Positions 1 to 12,150 of a stretch of DNA of 63,904 nucleotides are shown here, one piece after another. The notes beneath the pieces were generated by a model. It ran no database searches, had not been told where the DNA came from, and worked only from the letters and a program-made list of their open reading frames with translations. The stretch is from assembly GCF_004010195.1 (NCBI RefSeq), contig NC_057740.1:31563257-31627160 (forward strand), in the 5' to 3' direction. The position numbers were made by a program, and so were the translations under genes. The first letter of the stretch is position 1. The number at the start of each line of letters is the position of its first letter. The DNA is from Chiloscyllium plagiosum (lineage: Eukaryota).

Positions 1-128
1 TTCCTGATGAAGGACTTATGCCCGAAATGTCGATTCTCCTGCTCCTCGGATGCTGCCTGACCTGCTGAGCATTTCCAGCACCACACTCTTGACTCTGATC
101 CCCAACATCTGCAGTCCACACTTTCTCC
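1..128 (+). mobile_element. Penelope-like pLTR fragment, family A, with decayed hammerhead motif
   Basis: CTGATGA(4-10)-AGGACTTATGCCC-GAAATGTC, then the family-A tail gattctcctgctcctcggatgctgcctgacctgct..., which recurs more than 10 times in the window. Confidence 0.85.
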
Positions 129-1149
129 ACTTTGTTGCTGGCATCAAGCGATTTCACACCTATTTAATCAGCAGGAAATTCACAGTTGGAATAAATGATG
201 AGGCACTAGAAGTGATCCACCATAAATTGCTAATGGATGTACCATCACACTTGCAGAATTTTGCTGTGAAGGTGGAAGGATATGTCTTTGAAGTGAGATA
301 TAAACCAGTTACCAGGATGATGTACAATGTTGATCCCAAGAAAATATCTACTCCAAATCCAAACTTATTAAGTCTCATGTGCTGAGCAGATTACCCAGCC
401 ACACAAAGATCTACACATTGGGCTGAATCTTATTTCATCTTTAGTTCTTTTTTGTTCAAGTGTTAGTTTTGTCGACTTCCACAAAGGGTTTTTCTCTGCA
501 AGGCCTAGCAAGGTCTTATGCTGGATCCTATCAAACTTGACTCATTAACCATCTCGCTCACCCCTCCAGCTCTCTTCATGCTCAATTCTAGTCCTGTTCT
601 CCCACCTGCCATTCTGGACGAACTCACCACTCATCTGTTATCCTCTGAAATACCAGTATTCCTTGTGCCTGTGTCTTCTTTCGAAGGTCATTGTGAATCT
701 AGATAAGCATTGGCAACCTGGCATTGTAATGGCACAGCAGTCGTAAAGGTATGCTGCTCCTGGCACGCAGCTGATGTGGCTGACACTTCCTCGCACACCC
801 AAACCCATTCTCTCATCCGAGTCACTGTTTAACCACAAGGCCACATAGTTTACCTGTCCTTAGCTCCATTCCATCTGAACACCCTCTCTAAGTCACTGTG
901 ACTCTGTCCCCAGTGCCCACAGTAGTCCCACATCTTATCCAAGAGGGGAACATCAGATACAGGTTTGCAGTTGGACACTTTTCCTTTTATTTACAGCCAT
1001 CAAAGGAAATGCAAATAATACAAATAGAGGCTTCAGTTTGTTCCCACAATGGAGACTAAATGCTGACATGATGACCAATGAGTATTTTACATTTCACTAT
1101 GCACCCAGCTCTCATCCATTGGATCTGGGTATCAATCATGTCCTGTCTG

Positions 1150-1400
1150 GCTTTTAGTGCCTGGCACAGATGACCTCCCTCATGCACAAGGTCAGCTTCC
1201 TCCTCCCCAATGTCCTCTTCCTCCTCCTCTTCCTCTTACTTGGATGACTGCTCCTTTTCCCCAATTCCTCAGCATTCAGATAATACTGCATTGCCTGCTC
1301 CAATTGAACAGGGAATGATGTGGCACAGTCTGTCCAGATTATACTGGAGGCTCCCCCAGATTGGTCCAAACAGGGAAGCCCGGTGACCAGCCTTGAAAGG
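1150..1400 (-). mobile_element. PIF/Harbinger transposase C-terminal remnant
   Basis: With one frameshift the minus strand reads C-L-D-Q-S-G-G-A-(L)-Q-Y-N-L-D-R-L-C-H-I-I, followed by a purine-rich tract. This resembles the HARBI1-type RCLDxSGGALQY motif. Confidence 0.65.
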
Positions 1401-2439
1401 CACATGGGCCAGGTACATGAGAATGCTCCAGGGTGTAGGATCTGGCAGCCATCAGGTAATGGTCAATATAAAATGGTCAAGCAAGCCACTCAATTTAAGG
1501 GCAATGAAGGATGGGTGATAAGCACTGGCTTAGTCAGGAACAGTCACATCTGATAAAAAAGGATGAGAATAAGGAAGAAAACTTCACTATAGATGATTAT
1601 GCAGTGATGTTGAGTGACAATAACTAGCGGCAAGCCAACCAAATTGTCAAACAAATGTCACAGAGAACAATGTGTGCTGGTCCAAATACAATCACCAGAT
1701 CAGGAAGAGACGTCAAACCTCCACAGCATTACACTGAGGTTTGAAATGTTAGTCATTGTAAACTCTGTTTTACCTGTTTGTATAATTATCAAATTGACAA
1801 TACATGTCTATGTACAACAACATAAATCTGTTTGAAATAATTTCTTCACATTTTGAAAGAGGGCCACAGTCAGCAAAGCTTTAAGAGACCTGCTCATGAT
1901 AACATCACTGTTTCATAGCAGGTGGCCTGAGGATATAAAGGTCTTAGATCTCATCTTACTTGAGATCATTTGATGTGTGACTTGTTAACACAAACAAGCT
2001 CTTCTGGTGGAACTGAAGAGCCTAATGCTAGGCCAGACACTTATGAGCCTGTGAATGTATTAATTATACATAACTGCCAGATGTAATAAACATCTGTTGG
2101 ATCCTTCAATCCCATGTTATCCACTCCTAGTTTCTTATGTTACAAAAAAACATAAACATTGCCACATCTGAATATAGTTTATTGCACATTGGAAATAGGG
2201 CATGAGTTAGATTGTATCATTAAACATTTTTAGTAAGACCACCAGGAGACCCAGTAATAACAGATATGTCCCTTTGAGATTCCCAATGATCTTCTGCCTT
2301 TCCCCATCCAAGTTCTTAGGACACATTATATTAGATGTGATTTATTGTAGTCTTCAGCATTAACCCTTCCAAAACCATTATGTTATATACCATATCCTAT
2401 GCTTTTGAGACCCTCAGTGTGTCCTCCAAGCTTGGAGCC

Positions 2440-2760
2440 ACACTGATTGCTCAGCTGGAGGTGGTAGGGATGGCAGTAGATGGTAATCAGCAAGAGGCCA
2501 TGTTTGACCCAATGTCATGAGATTTCATGGACTCTGAACAAAATGTTAAGGACTCCCTCCTGACTGTATAATAATGTGAATCACCTCTGGTGGATCGACA
2601 CTGTCAGTAGAACAGGACATAGCTGAGGTAGTGTGTCCAGAGCATTGGCTGTGAAGTATGAGTCAATGAATATTTAAATATCAAGCTTATGCTTGTCTAG
2701 TCTGTGAACTACTCTCCCAAATCTGGCACAGGCTCGCACATATTAGCAAGGAGGACTCCG
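2440..2760 (-). mobile_element. Decayed LINE APE-endonuclease fragment (L2/CR1 group)
   Basis: Minus strand encodes YVLFY*QCRSTRG-like and LLLITIY-like pieces resembling the GY..RxDR..RGGG region of LINE endonucleases. Confidence 0.5.
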
Positions 2761-2844
2761 CAAGGTTGATAAGGTTGTCACTTCTGGTCAATGCTGGGTG
2801 ATCCATCCAGTTTCATTCACTGTGACTTTACTGTAGCTTTTAAA

Positions 2845-3160
2845 GAATTAATTCATGGGATGTGGGCAAAGCTAGTTGGGCCAGTATTTATTGCTTATCC
2901 ATTAATTGCCCTTGAACATGTGGAGTCACATGTAGGTCAGACCAGATAAGAATGACAGATTACCTTCCCTAAAGGTCTCTAGGAAAATTGATATGATTTT
3001 ATAACAACATTTTCAGAGTCTCTATTGCTGTGACTATTTTTTAAATTCACATTCAATTTAAACTCCACCTGCTGTCTTGGTGGGATTTGAACTTGGTGTT
3101 CCCATAGTCTTATCCTGACCCTTTGGGTTGTGAATGCACAAACCACCTCCTCCTGATACC
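2845..3160 (-). mobile_element. tRNA-headed SINE with L2-type 3' tail
   Basis: Tail ttcatgggatgtgggc...ccagtatttattgc and B-box-like gggatttgaac. Same family as 16870-17330, 35485-35840 and 48620-48946. Confidence 0.65.
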
Positions 3161-4929
3161 AACAGGACTATGGGTAATCCCTGAAGGAGGGTTTTGTAGC
3201 CCCAAATTAAAGGCAAATCTGAGGTTCCTGCCAGGGCGAGGTTGGCAGGTGCCAACAGAGAAAGGTTGGGAGCTTCATCAATGCAGCGGGGCTTTCCCCC
3301 AGTCTGTCAACGGCCAGCCCAGCAACAATCCTGCCCCAACTGCAGGTAAAATCCCCGGACAGTAAGATCTGCCCTCAAATCAAAGACAACCCTCTAGCTC
3401 TCTAATTGCTATTTTTACACAAACCCAAACGGGAAATTTGAACAAACCCGTCTAACTGGAACTGGAAGTCTACCTGCTGAAACTAAGACAAAAATTGAGA
3501 AACAGAACTAGGTTAGGTGTCATGAAAGCAAATCGCTAGCGGGCTCAGTACTAAGTTACCGTGTCAGATAGTCATCCATTTTTGTGCTTTCTATTTGCAG
3601 AGCCTTACATCAATTTACCAATCAGTTATAGTTCAGAATCAACAACAGGAGTTTACACAAGATAATATTTCTCTGACAGTGTCACAAGCATTTTTCCGAC
3701 GATATATTGTAATAAACGACATGATGTTGGTTTATAAATAAAACTGGGACGGAGCTTTTATCTCTTTCTGTGAGGATATAATCAAAGAATTGCTTATAAT
3801 GGATCGTTGGCAGAAATGTGATTGACATCATTTGTTCCTCAGTGCTCCACTCTAGGTCCTTTTGTTATATTAAGGACCTGCCATCAAGCTGTCTCCATTC
3901 TGACAACTCTTTTTAAAATCGGCAACACATTTGCATTCTGAAGAAATCAGGAAGACTATTGAAAAGCTTTTAACGGCAGATATTTCTCTGCGATTGAATG
4001 TGAACCATCTGACACAAAGAACAGATAAAACCAAATCATTACTAATCTAATTGACATCAGCAACTGCTGGACTGATTCATTCTCACTAAGTGTTAATGCC
4101 TCCTTCCTGGAAAAGCAAATTCGATAACATATGTAAAGCTAGACTTCAAAATAAAATATTATGCTTTCCTTTATGTAACCAAATAACATTTGTGGAGCCA
4201 GGCATCTCTTTGTAGACTAACACTGGAACAGGAGTAGGCCATTCAGCCCATTGAATCTGTCGCATCATTCAATTAAATTGTGGCTGATCTAAATAAAATT
4301 ACACATTCAGAGCCTACCAAACACTGGAGTAACCAATGCAATGTTCAGTTAAGCCTCAAAGGTCAACATTGTTCCTTTTATTCCTAGCTGTTGCCTGACT
4401 TGTTGAGTATTTGCAGTAATTTCTGTTTTGTATAGCTGTATTGTTGGTTTTCTTTTCAACCTTTGTTTCATCCTTTCCTTCTTCCGGCTTTCCTGCAGGT
4501 TCTTATTCATCAAAACTCTGTCAGACCCGAGGCAGAGGTCATGGGCTCAAGGGCCACTCCAGGACTCAAAAATGTGAACCAGCAGACTACGTCTCCAATG
4601 GGCTGAAACTTCAAGAACTATAGTCCCTGGAAGAGACAATAGCATAAATTAAGCAATTCCAGTAATGAGCTGAAGATTTGGAGTACTTCCGCCCCATATT
4701 GTAGCCCTTTCTGTGACCCATAGTGCACACCAAAACACTAAGAGTGCATGGCTACTGAAGTTTTTCTATTGAACTGAAGCCCTGTCTACCTGATAATGGT
4801 TTGGATGGGTGTTTACAAACTCTGATTCCATTGAAGAGTGGGAGCTAACCTCAGGCAATGCCCAAAATCAGATTAATCAATCATTCACCTCATTGATGTT
4901 TGTAAACTCCTTGTCTGCACAAACCAGAC

Positions 4930-5148
4930 TGGTGGGTGTCTGGAATGTGTTGCCAGCAGAGGTGGTGGAGGCAGGCACGGTAGATTCATTTAAGATGCGT
5001 CTGGACAGATGCATGAGTAGGTGGGGAGCAGAGGGATACAGATGCTTAGGAATTGGGCAACAGGTTTAGACAGTCGATTTGGATCGGCTCAGGCTTGGAG
5101 GGCCGAAGGGCCTATTCCTGGGCTGTAAATTTTCTTTGTTCTTTGTTC
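4930..5148 (+). mobile_element. CR1 LINE 3' end
   Basis: Encodes VGVWNVLPAEVVEAGTVDSFKMRLD (CR1 ORF2 C-terminus), then ggccgaagggcct stem and (TTCTTTG)n tail. Confidence 0.9.
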
Positions 5149-5504
5149 AGTTTCACATTGGTCTCCAGTTTAAAATTACTTGAGTGCAACTACTTTTAGA
5201 TATGGCTAATGGATGAAAACAAAATGCTGAATAAGTTGAAATTTCTCCTTTTCTTTAAGCCACGATTGAGAATGGGCAATATATTTTGCAAGTTAGCCCT
5301 GCTGCTGCAGAGTTCTGCAAATCTGGAAAGCTATACCTCCAGCAGAAAAAATGAGGGCACTTGAACGATATACACTATGCAATACTATAAGTATTCCAAT
5401 CACAGAAGCTGGTCAATATGCTGCCTTAAGTGACTATTCTTCACAAATTACTCTAGTTAATGATGGGTAGACCTGCCTGATTAACATGCATTTTAAAAAA
5501 GGCA

Positions 5505-6070
5505 GAATAAGAAGGTTCAGTGAGTAACTCACCTCCTGACTCCTCGAAGCCTGTCCACCATCTACAAGACACAAGTCAGGAGTGTGAAGGAACACTTCCC
5601 AATTTCATGGATGCAGCTCCAACAACATTCAACAACCTTGACACCATCCAAAGCAGGCCGCTCGATTGGCACCTCATCCAACAAGAAACATCACTTCCTC
5701 CAGCACCAATACTCAGCAGCTGCAGTAAGTACCATCTACTAAATGTACTGCAGAAGTTTGCTGAGCTCCTTATCCAACACCTTCCACATCCATGATCACT
5801 GCCATCTAGAAGGACAGGGGGAACAGCTGGGAACACCATTACCCGCAAGTTCCCTTCAAGCTTCTCACCACCCTAACTTTGAAATGCAGTGGTTGTTCCG
5901 TCAGTGTTGTTGAGTCAAAATCCTGGAAATCCCTCACGAAATACATTGAGTCTACCCACATCAAAAGTACTGAAGCAGTTCAATATGCTCACCACTAGCT
6001 TCTCAAGGGCTAGGCATTTGGGATAGGCACTAAATTCGCAATGCCCACCTCCCATGATGACTAAAAAAAA
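5505..6070 (+). mobile_element. L2-type LINE 3' fragment
   Basis: gtgagtaactcacctcctgactcc...caagtcaggagtgtga... and tail gcccacctcccatga. Homologous to 29845-30415, 44590-45115 and the RT-bearing copy at 56750-57520. Confidence 0.75.
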
Positions 6071-6439
6071 AGGAAGTAATATTTTAAGATGTAATCACTT
6101 GTCCATACAAATTGCTTGTAAAATAAAATCCCTGCAGCTCCTTTGGTGCCAATGACTTTGATCAGGGAACACTTGGTGACAGTTGTTAGAGCAGCACGCT
6201 TCCAGGCAAGTGGGGAATGTGCTGTCACATACAGGCTGCAGTCGTTTCAGGCAAGCCAAGAGAGAGTGCAGAGACAGTCACAAGGACTACCAGTTGCCGA
6301 TGTGTTGTTTAGGTGGATGCCTCAGTGCTTTGGCACCTCACCCCTGTTGTAATTAAAAAGATAAGGCCTGCTGACACTCAACCCTCATATTACTCATAAC
6401 TCCAATGCCCCCTGCCTCCTCACCCACCTTCAAGCATTT

Positions 6440-6765
6440 AGAATCATAGAAATCCTACAGTCCAGAACAATCATTCAGCCCGTCAGGTCCACGCTGACCC
6501 TCCGAAGAATATCCCACTTTATCTTGACAACCCTACATTTCCCATGGTTAATCCATTTCACCCACCCTGTACACTATGGGCAACTTAGCATAACCAATTC
6601 ACCCAACCTGCACATCTTTAGACTGTGGGAGGAAACCGGAGTAAACCCACATGACATGGGGAGAATGTGCAAACTCCACACAGACAGTGTCCTGAGGCTG
6701 GAATCGAACTTGGGTCCCCAGTGCTGTGAGGCAGCAGTGCTAAACACTGAGCCATTGTGCCACCC
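6440..6765 (-). mobile_element. HE1-type V-SINE
   Basis: Reverse complement has the tRNA-like head ggcacaatggctcagtgtttagcactgctgcctcacagc...gttcgattcc, the V-domain tgtgtggagtttgcacattctcccc, and a CR1-type tail. Confidence 0.9.
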
Positions 6766-6979
6766 TTCACATTGGACCATGGTGCTTTGGTTCTATTTGG
6801 AGGGTGGATGGGCATAATGAATCCTCTGGTGACAGCAGGTTGTGTACAGAAATTGTTCTTTTAACAAAAAAAAGATTAATTTCCTTACGTTTGCCCACAA
6901 TGACCTTATGTTACGACAGGCTGATAGATGTGTCAATCATCCAAGTACTAATGGTACAAATTGAAAACACTTGAAACCT

Positions 6980-8340
6980 CTTATGCTGGGCAAGCTTTTG
7001 GAGAGAATCCTGAGGGATAGGATGTACATGTATTTGGAAAGGCAAGGACTGATTAGGGACAGTCAACATGGCTTTGTGCGTGGGAAATCATGTCTCACAA
7101 ACTTGATTGAGTTTTTTGAAGAAGTAACAGAGAGGATTGATGAGGGCAGAGCAGTAAATGTGATCTATATGGACTTCAGTAAGGCGTTCGACAAGGTTTC
7201 CCATGGGAGACTGATTAGCAAGGTTAGATTCCACAGAGTACAGGGAGAACTAGCCATTTGGATACAAAACTGGTTCAAAGGTAGAAGACAGGGGGTGGTG
7301 GTGGAGGGTTGTTTTTCAGACTGGAGGCCTGTGACCAATGGAGTGCCACAAGGATCGGTGCTGCGCTCTCTACTTTTTGTCATTTACACAAATGATTTAG
7401 ATGCAAGCATAAGAGGTACAGATAATAAGTTTGCAGATGACACCAAAATTGGAGGTGTAGTTGACAGCGAAGAGGGTTACCTCAGATTACAACAGGATCT
7501 TGACCAGATGGGCCAATGGGCTGAGAAGTGGCAGACGGAGTTTAAATCACATAAATGCGAGGTGCTGCATTTTTGGAAACCAAATCTTAGCAGGACTTAT
7601 ACACTTAATGGTAAGGTCCTAGGAAGTGTTGCTGAGCAAAGAGACCTTGGAGTGCAGGTTCATAGCTCCTTGAAAGTGGAGTCACAGGTAGATAGGGTAG
7701 TGAAGCATTTGGTATGCTTTCTTTTATTGGTCAGAGTTGGAAGGTCATGTTGTGGCTGTACAGGACATTGGTTAGGCCACTGTTGGAATATTGCATGCAG
7801 TTCTGGTCTCCTTCCTATCGGAAAGATGTTGTGAAACTTGAAAGGGTTCAGAAAAGATTTACATGAATGTTGCCAGGGTTGGAGGATTTTGAGCTAGAGG
7901 GAGAGGCTGAACAGGCTGGGGTTGTTTTCCCTGGAGCGTCGGAGGCTGAGGGGTGACCTTATAGAGGTTTACAAAATTATGAGGGGCATGGATAGGGTAA
8001 ATAGGCAAAGTCTTTTCCCTGGGGTGGGGGAGTCCAGAACTAGAGGGCATAGGTTTAGGGTGAGAGGGGAAAGATATAAAAGAGACCTAAGGGGCAACTT
8101 TTTCACACTGAAGGTGGTATGTGTATGGAATGAGCTACCAGAGGAAGTGGTGGAGGCTGGTTCAATTGCAACATTTAAGAGACATTTGGATGGGTTTATG
8201 AATAGGAAGGGTTTGGAGGGATATGGGCCGGTGCTGGCAGGTGGGACTAGATTAGGTTGGGATATCTAGTCGCCATGGATGGGTTGGACCGAAGGGTCTG
8301 TTTCCATGCTGTACATCTCTGTGACTCTATGACTCTATGA
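6980..8340 (+). mobile_element. CR1 (HER1-like) LINE, 5'-truncated, RT pseudogene plus 3' UTR
   Basis: ORF 6971-7834 has QHGF..GKSCLTNL, YMDFSKAFDKV, GVPQGSVL and KFADDTK. ORF 7922-8269 continues in another frame. Ends in (CTATGACT)n. Confidence 0.97.
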
Positions 8341-8399
8341 CAGCCCAGAAATCCCAGAAAGTTGGCACCTGAGGATCGAAGACTTTGTCATTGGTTAAA

Positions 8400-8797
8400 T
8401 CTGTGGCAGTAGCGGAAGGGCATCACAGCAACATTGACGAGGTGGGTGCAGCGACGAGAGTTGTGACTCTGACATTGGGATTTGGCATAGGTGGCAGTGG
8501 AGGAGGAGAATCGGCCCAGCGGTGGAAGATGATGCCTGAAGAGTGCTCACATTGACGTTGTTTGGGTCTGGTGTAGACAACAGCGAATCAGGGAAGGACG
8601 GATGGTGGGGTAAGTGTCATTAATGATGAGCTGGTTCAGGACTGATGGACTCTGTTTAAGCTATACTTTCCTTTTTTTTGTCTTATCACTAAAACTATTC
8701 AAAATGTTGCTGGATCATGGCAACAGTGGAAAAGCTTTTCACTGTATTTTACTGCTTTTCTCATTGCAAAATACATGTGACAATAAAATCATTCAAG
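8400..8797 (+). mobile_element. Non-LTR element 3' end with Rex1/Babar-like tail
   Basis: Ends aagcttttcactgta...catgtgacaataaaatcattcaa, like the tails at 20380-20655 and 42305-42618. The 5' boundary is uncertain. Confidence 0.5.
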
Positions 8798-11065
8798 ATT
8801 GCAAGAGCATTTTAACATACACAAAAAGTAAGAGAGAGGCAAGAGTGGACATTGGACCGCTGGAAAACAAGGTGCCAAATGCCTTAATGGAGAACAAAGA
8901 AATGTTGGAGAAACTGAATAAGTACTTTGTACCAATCTTCACAGTGAAAGACCCCAATAACATACCAACATTTCAAGAGACTGGGGGCCAGAGGTGAGTG
9001 TAGTGACCATCACTAAGGAGAAGGTGCTAGGGAAGCTGAAAGGTCTGAAGGTGGATACGCTACCCAGACCAACTGGACCACACTCCAGTGTTCCAAAGGA
9101 GGTAGCTGAGGAGATTATGGAGGTATTGGGTATTGATCTTTCAAGAATCACTGGAGTCAGGCAGGGTCCCAGAAGATTGGAAAATGGTTAATGTAACATT
9201 CCTGTTTAAGACGGGAAGGAGACAAAAAAATTGAAAATTTAGGTTGGTTAGCCTGACCTCGGGGGTTGGTAAGATTTTAGATTCCATTATTAAAGATGAA
9301 GTACTTGGAAGCACATGGTAAAATAGGACTAAGTCAACACGGCTTCATCAACGGGTGGTCATGTCTGAAAAACCTGCTAGAATTCTTTGAGGAGGTAACA
9401 AGCAAATTAGACAAAGGAGAGCATGTGGACGCGAAATTATTGGATTTCCAGAAGCATTTGGCAGGGTGCCACACAGGATGCTGTTAAGTACGATAAGAGC
9501 CCATGATGTTGGAGGCAAGGTACTGGCATGGACAGAGGATTGGTTGACTGGCAGAAGGCAGAGACTAGGAATAAAGGGGACTTTTTCAGGATAGCAGCTG
9601 GTAACTAGCAGAGTTCCGCAGGCATCCATGTTAGGATACACAACTGTTCACATTAGGTATTAATGATCTTGGTGAAGGAACCGAGGGCATTGTTGCTAAG
9701 TTTTCAGATGACACCAAGATAGTTGGAGGGACAGGATAGTGTTGACGAAGTGGACAGGCTGATGAAGGACCTGGAAAGGTGAAGAGAGGGTGCACAGAAG
9801 TGGTAAGGTGGAATATAATGTGGAAAAATGTAAGGTTAGGCACTTGGCAGAATAGAGATGTAGACTATTTTCTAAATGGATAAAGACATCAGAAACCTGA
9901 AGCACAAAAGGACTTGAGAGTCTTGAGTTCAGAATTCTTTTAAGTTTAACATTAAAATTGACATGCAGGTTCAGCTGGCAGTTAGGAAGGTAAGTGCAAT
10001 GTTAGCATTCATTTGAAGAGGACTAGAATTCAAGAGCTGGGATGTATTATTGAAGGCTGTGTTAGGCTCTGGTCGGATCACATTTGGAGTATAATGGGCA
10101 GTTTTGGGCTCTGTATCTAAGGAAGGATGTGCTGGCATTAGAGGAGGTTTACAAGATTGATCCTGGGATGAAGAACTTGTATAATGAAGAGCAGTTAAGA
10201 ATCCTGGGTTTGCACTTGATGGAGTTTAGAAGGAGAGAGACTAGGACCTGAAGGCACAGTCTCAAGAGTGAAGGGATGACCCTGTGGGATGTAGATGAGG
10301 AGGAAATTCCTCAACCAGAGGATAGTGAATCTGTGGAACTCACTGCCACAGAGGGCTGTGGAGGCCAAGTCATTGGGATCTTTAAGACAGAGACAGATAG
10401 ATCCTTTAATTTGAAGGCAAACAGGAATTATGGGGAGAAGTTGGGAAAATGCAGTTGAGAAACACAGCAGCCATGATCGAATGGGGAAGCAGACTTAGAG
10501 CCATAGAGTCATAGAGATGTGCAGCACAGAAACAGACCCTTCAGTCCAACTCATCCATGCCGACCAAATATCCCAACCCAAACTAGTCCTACCTGCCAGC
10601 ACCCTGCCCATAACCCTCCAAACCTTTCCTATTCATATATCCATCCAGATGCCTTTTGAATGTTGCAATTGTACCAGCCTCCACCACTTCCTCTGGCAGC
10701 CCATTCCATTCCATACACGTACCACCTCTGCGTGAAAAGGTAGGTCTCTTTTATATCTTACCCCTCTCACCCTAAACCTATGCCCTCTAGTTCTGGACTC
10801 CCCCACCCAAGGGAAGAGCCTTTGTCTATTTATGCTATCCATGACCCTCATGATTTTATAAACCTCTATAAGGTCACCCGTCAGCCTCCGACACTCCAGG
10901 GAAAACAGCCCCAGCCTATTCAATCTCTCCCTATAGCTCAAATCCTCCAACCTTGGCAACATCCTTGTAAATCATTTCGAGTTTCACAACATCCATCCAA
11001 TAGGAAGGAGATCAGACTAGATGGGCTGACTGGCCTAATTCTGCTCCTAGTTCATGGCCTCATAT
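8798..11065 (+). mobile_element. Older CR1 LINE (second subfamily), frameshifted ORF2, interrupted near its 3' end
   Basis: Fragments LNKYF, SQHGFINGWSCLKNLLEFFEEV and aagttttcagatgacaccaag (KFSDDTK). The 3' UTR resumes at about 11013 after the insertion. Confidence 0.9.
10498..11012 (-). mobile_element. CR1 LINE 3' fragment nested in the older CR1
   Basis: ORF 10633-10962 MLPRLEDLSYRERLNRLGLFSLECRRL..., very similar to 7870-8340, with a (catagagt) tail. Confidence 0.95.
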
Positions 11066-11584
11066 AAAATTGCAGCTTAATGGAGCAATAGTTATTGGCT
11101 ATTGACTGCTATAGTTTGGGATCAGTTCTTGTTCATTTACATTGTCTTTTGACTATTGTTTTTCAATAAAAGAAGGCTAAGTATTTTAAAGATGCAAATT
11201 AACTTGCAAGTACCAGTTTCAACTGGAACAAAAGTTTGTACTTCTGAAATATTTTTGACATTTGCAGGAAGATATCCCAGAATATAGAGGCATACAGTGT
11301 GCGTTCATTTTTTTAAAAAATCAAGGCCTTTACTTGATTTGAGCTTACTGAGTACTTTTCGCAACTTCACAAAGTCTGAAAGTACATTATAGCCAAATAA
11401 ATATTTTTTGAAGTGTAGACAGTTATGTAGGAAACACAGGAATCAATTCATAAATAGGAAGCTTCCTCAAACAGGAATCAGTTCATCAGTTTTTCTGTAA
11501 CATTGCTTGAGAGGTAAATATTGGCTAGGACCACAGGGATTATTTTTCTTTGAATAGTCTCAGGGGAACTTTTATAAAAACTGA

Positions 11585-12150
11585 AAGAACTACAAATACT
11601 GGAAATCAGAAACAAAAACAGAAATTGCTGGAAAAGCTCAGCAGGTCCGGCAGCTTCTGTGGAGAGGAATCAGAGTTAATGTTTCGGTTCGAGTGACACT
11701 TCTTCAGAACTGATGGTAGCTGGGGAAAGGTTGGTTTACATGCAGATGATAGGGGGCAGGGAGGGAGTAAGTAGCAAACAATAGGTGGGGATAGAGCCCA
11801 AAGAGAGAGAACAACAGCTCGACAGACAAAGGAATGGATAACAATCAGCCTAGGAAAATGAACAGCTACAAATTAATGGCTAACAATCAATTGTGTGTGT
11901 CATAGCAGACCAAGGAGATAACAAGGAGAAAGTGAGGACTGCAGATGCTGGAGATCAGAGTCAAAAAATGTGGCACTGGAAAAGCACAGCAGGTCAGGCA
12001 GCATCTGAGGAGCAGGAGAGTTGACTCACTTTTTGAAGTGATAACAAGGCCTGGTGTGTGGGGGTTGGGGTCAGGACATGGGAGAAGAAGCTTCAAGCCC
12101 TAAAATCGTTGAAGTCAATATTGAGCCCAGACCACTGTAGAGTTCCCAAG
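11585..12150 (-). mobile_element. Penelope-like element 3' end, family B (GIY-YIG C-terminus plus pLTR with hammerhead)
   Basis: Minus strand ends ...LGTLQWSGLNIDFNDFRA*. Hammerhead at 11674-11711 reads (rc) AGTT-CTGAAGA-AGTGTCACTCGAACC-GAAACATT-AACT. Confidence 0.85.
11927..12039 (-). mobile_element. Family A PLE fragment nested in family B
   Basis: Family-A tail flanked by direct repeat GATAACAAGG (11917-11926 / 12040-12049). Confidence 0.85.

Noticed and set aside
6971-7834. Longest ORF (287 aa) as a host gene
   Set aside because: It is a CR1 reverse transcriptase, 5'-truncated and frameshifted.
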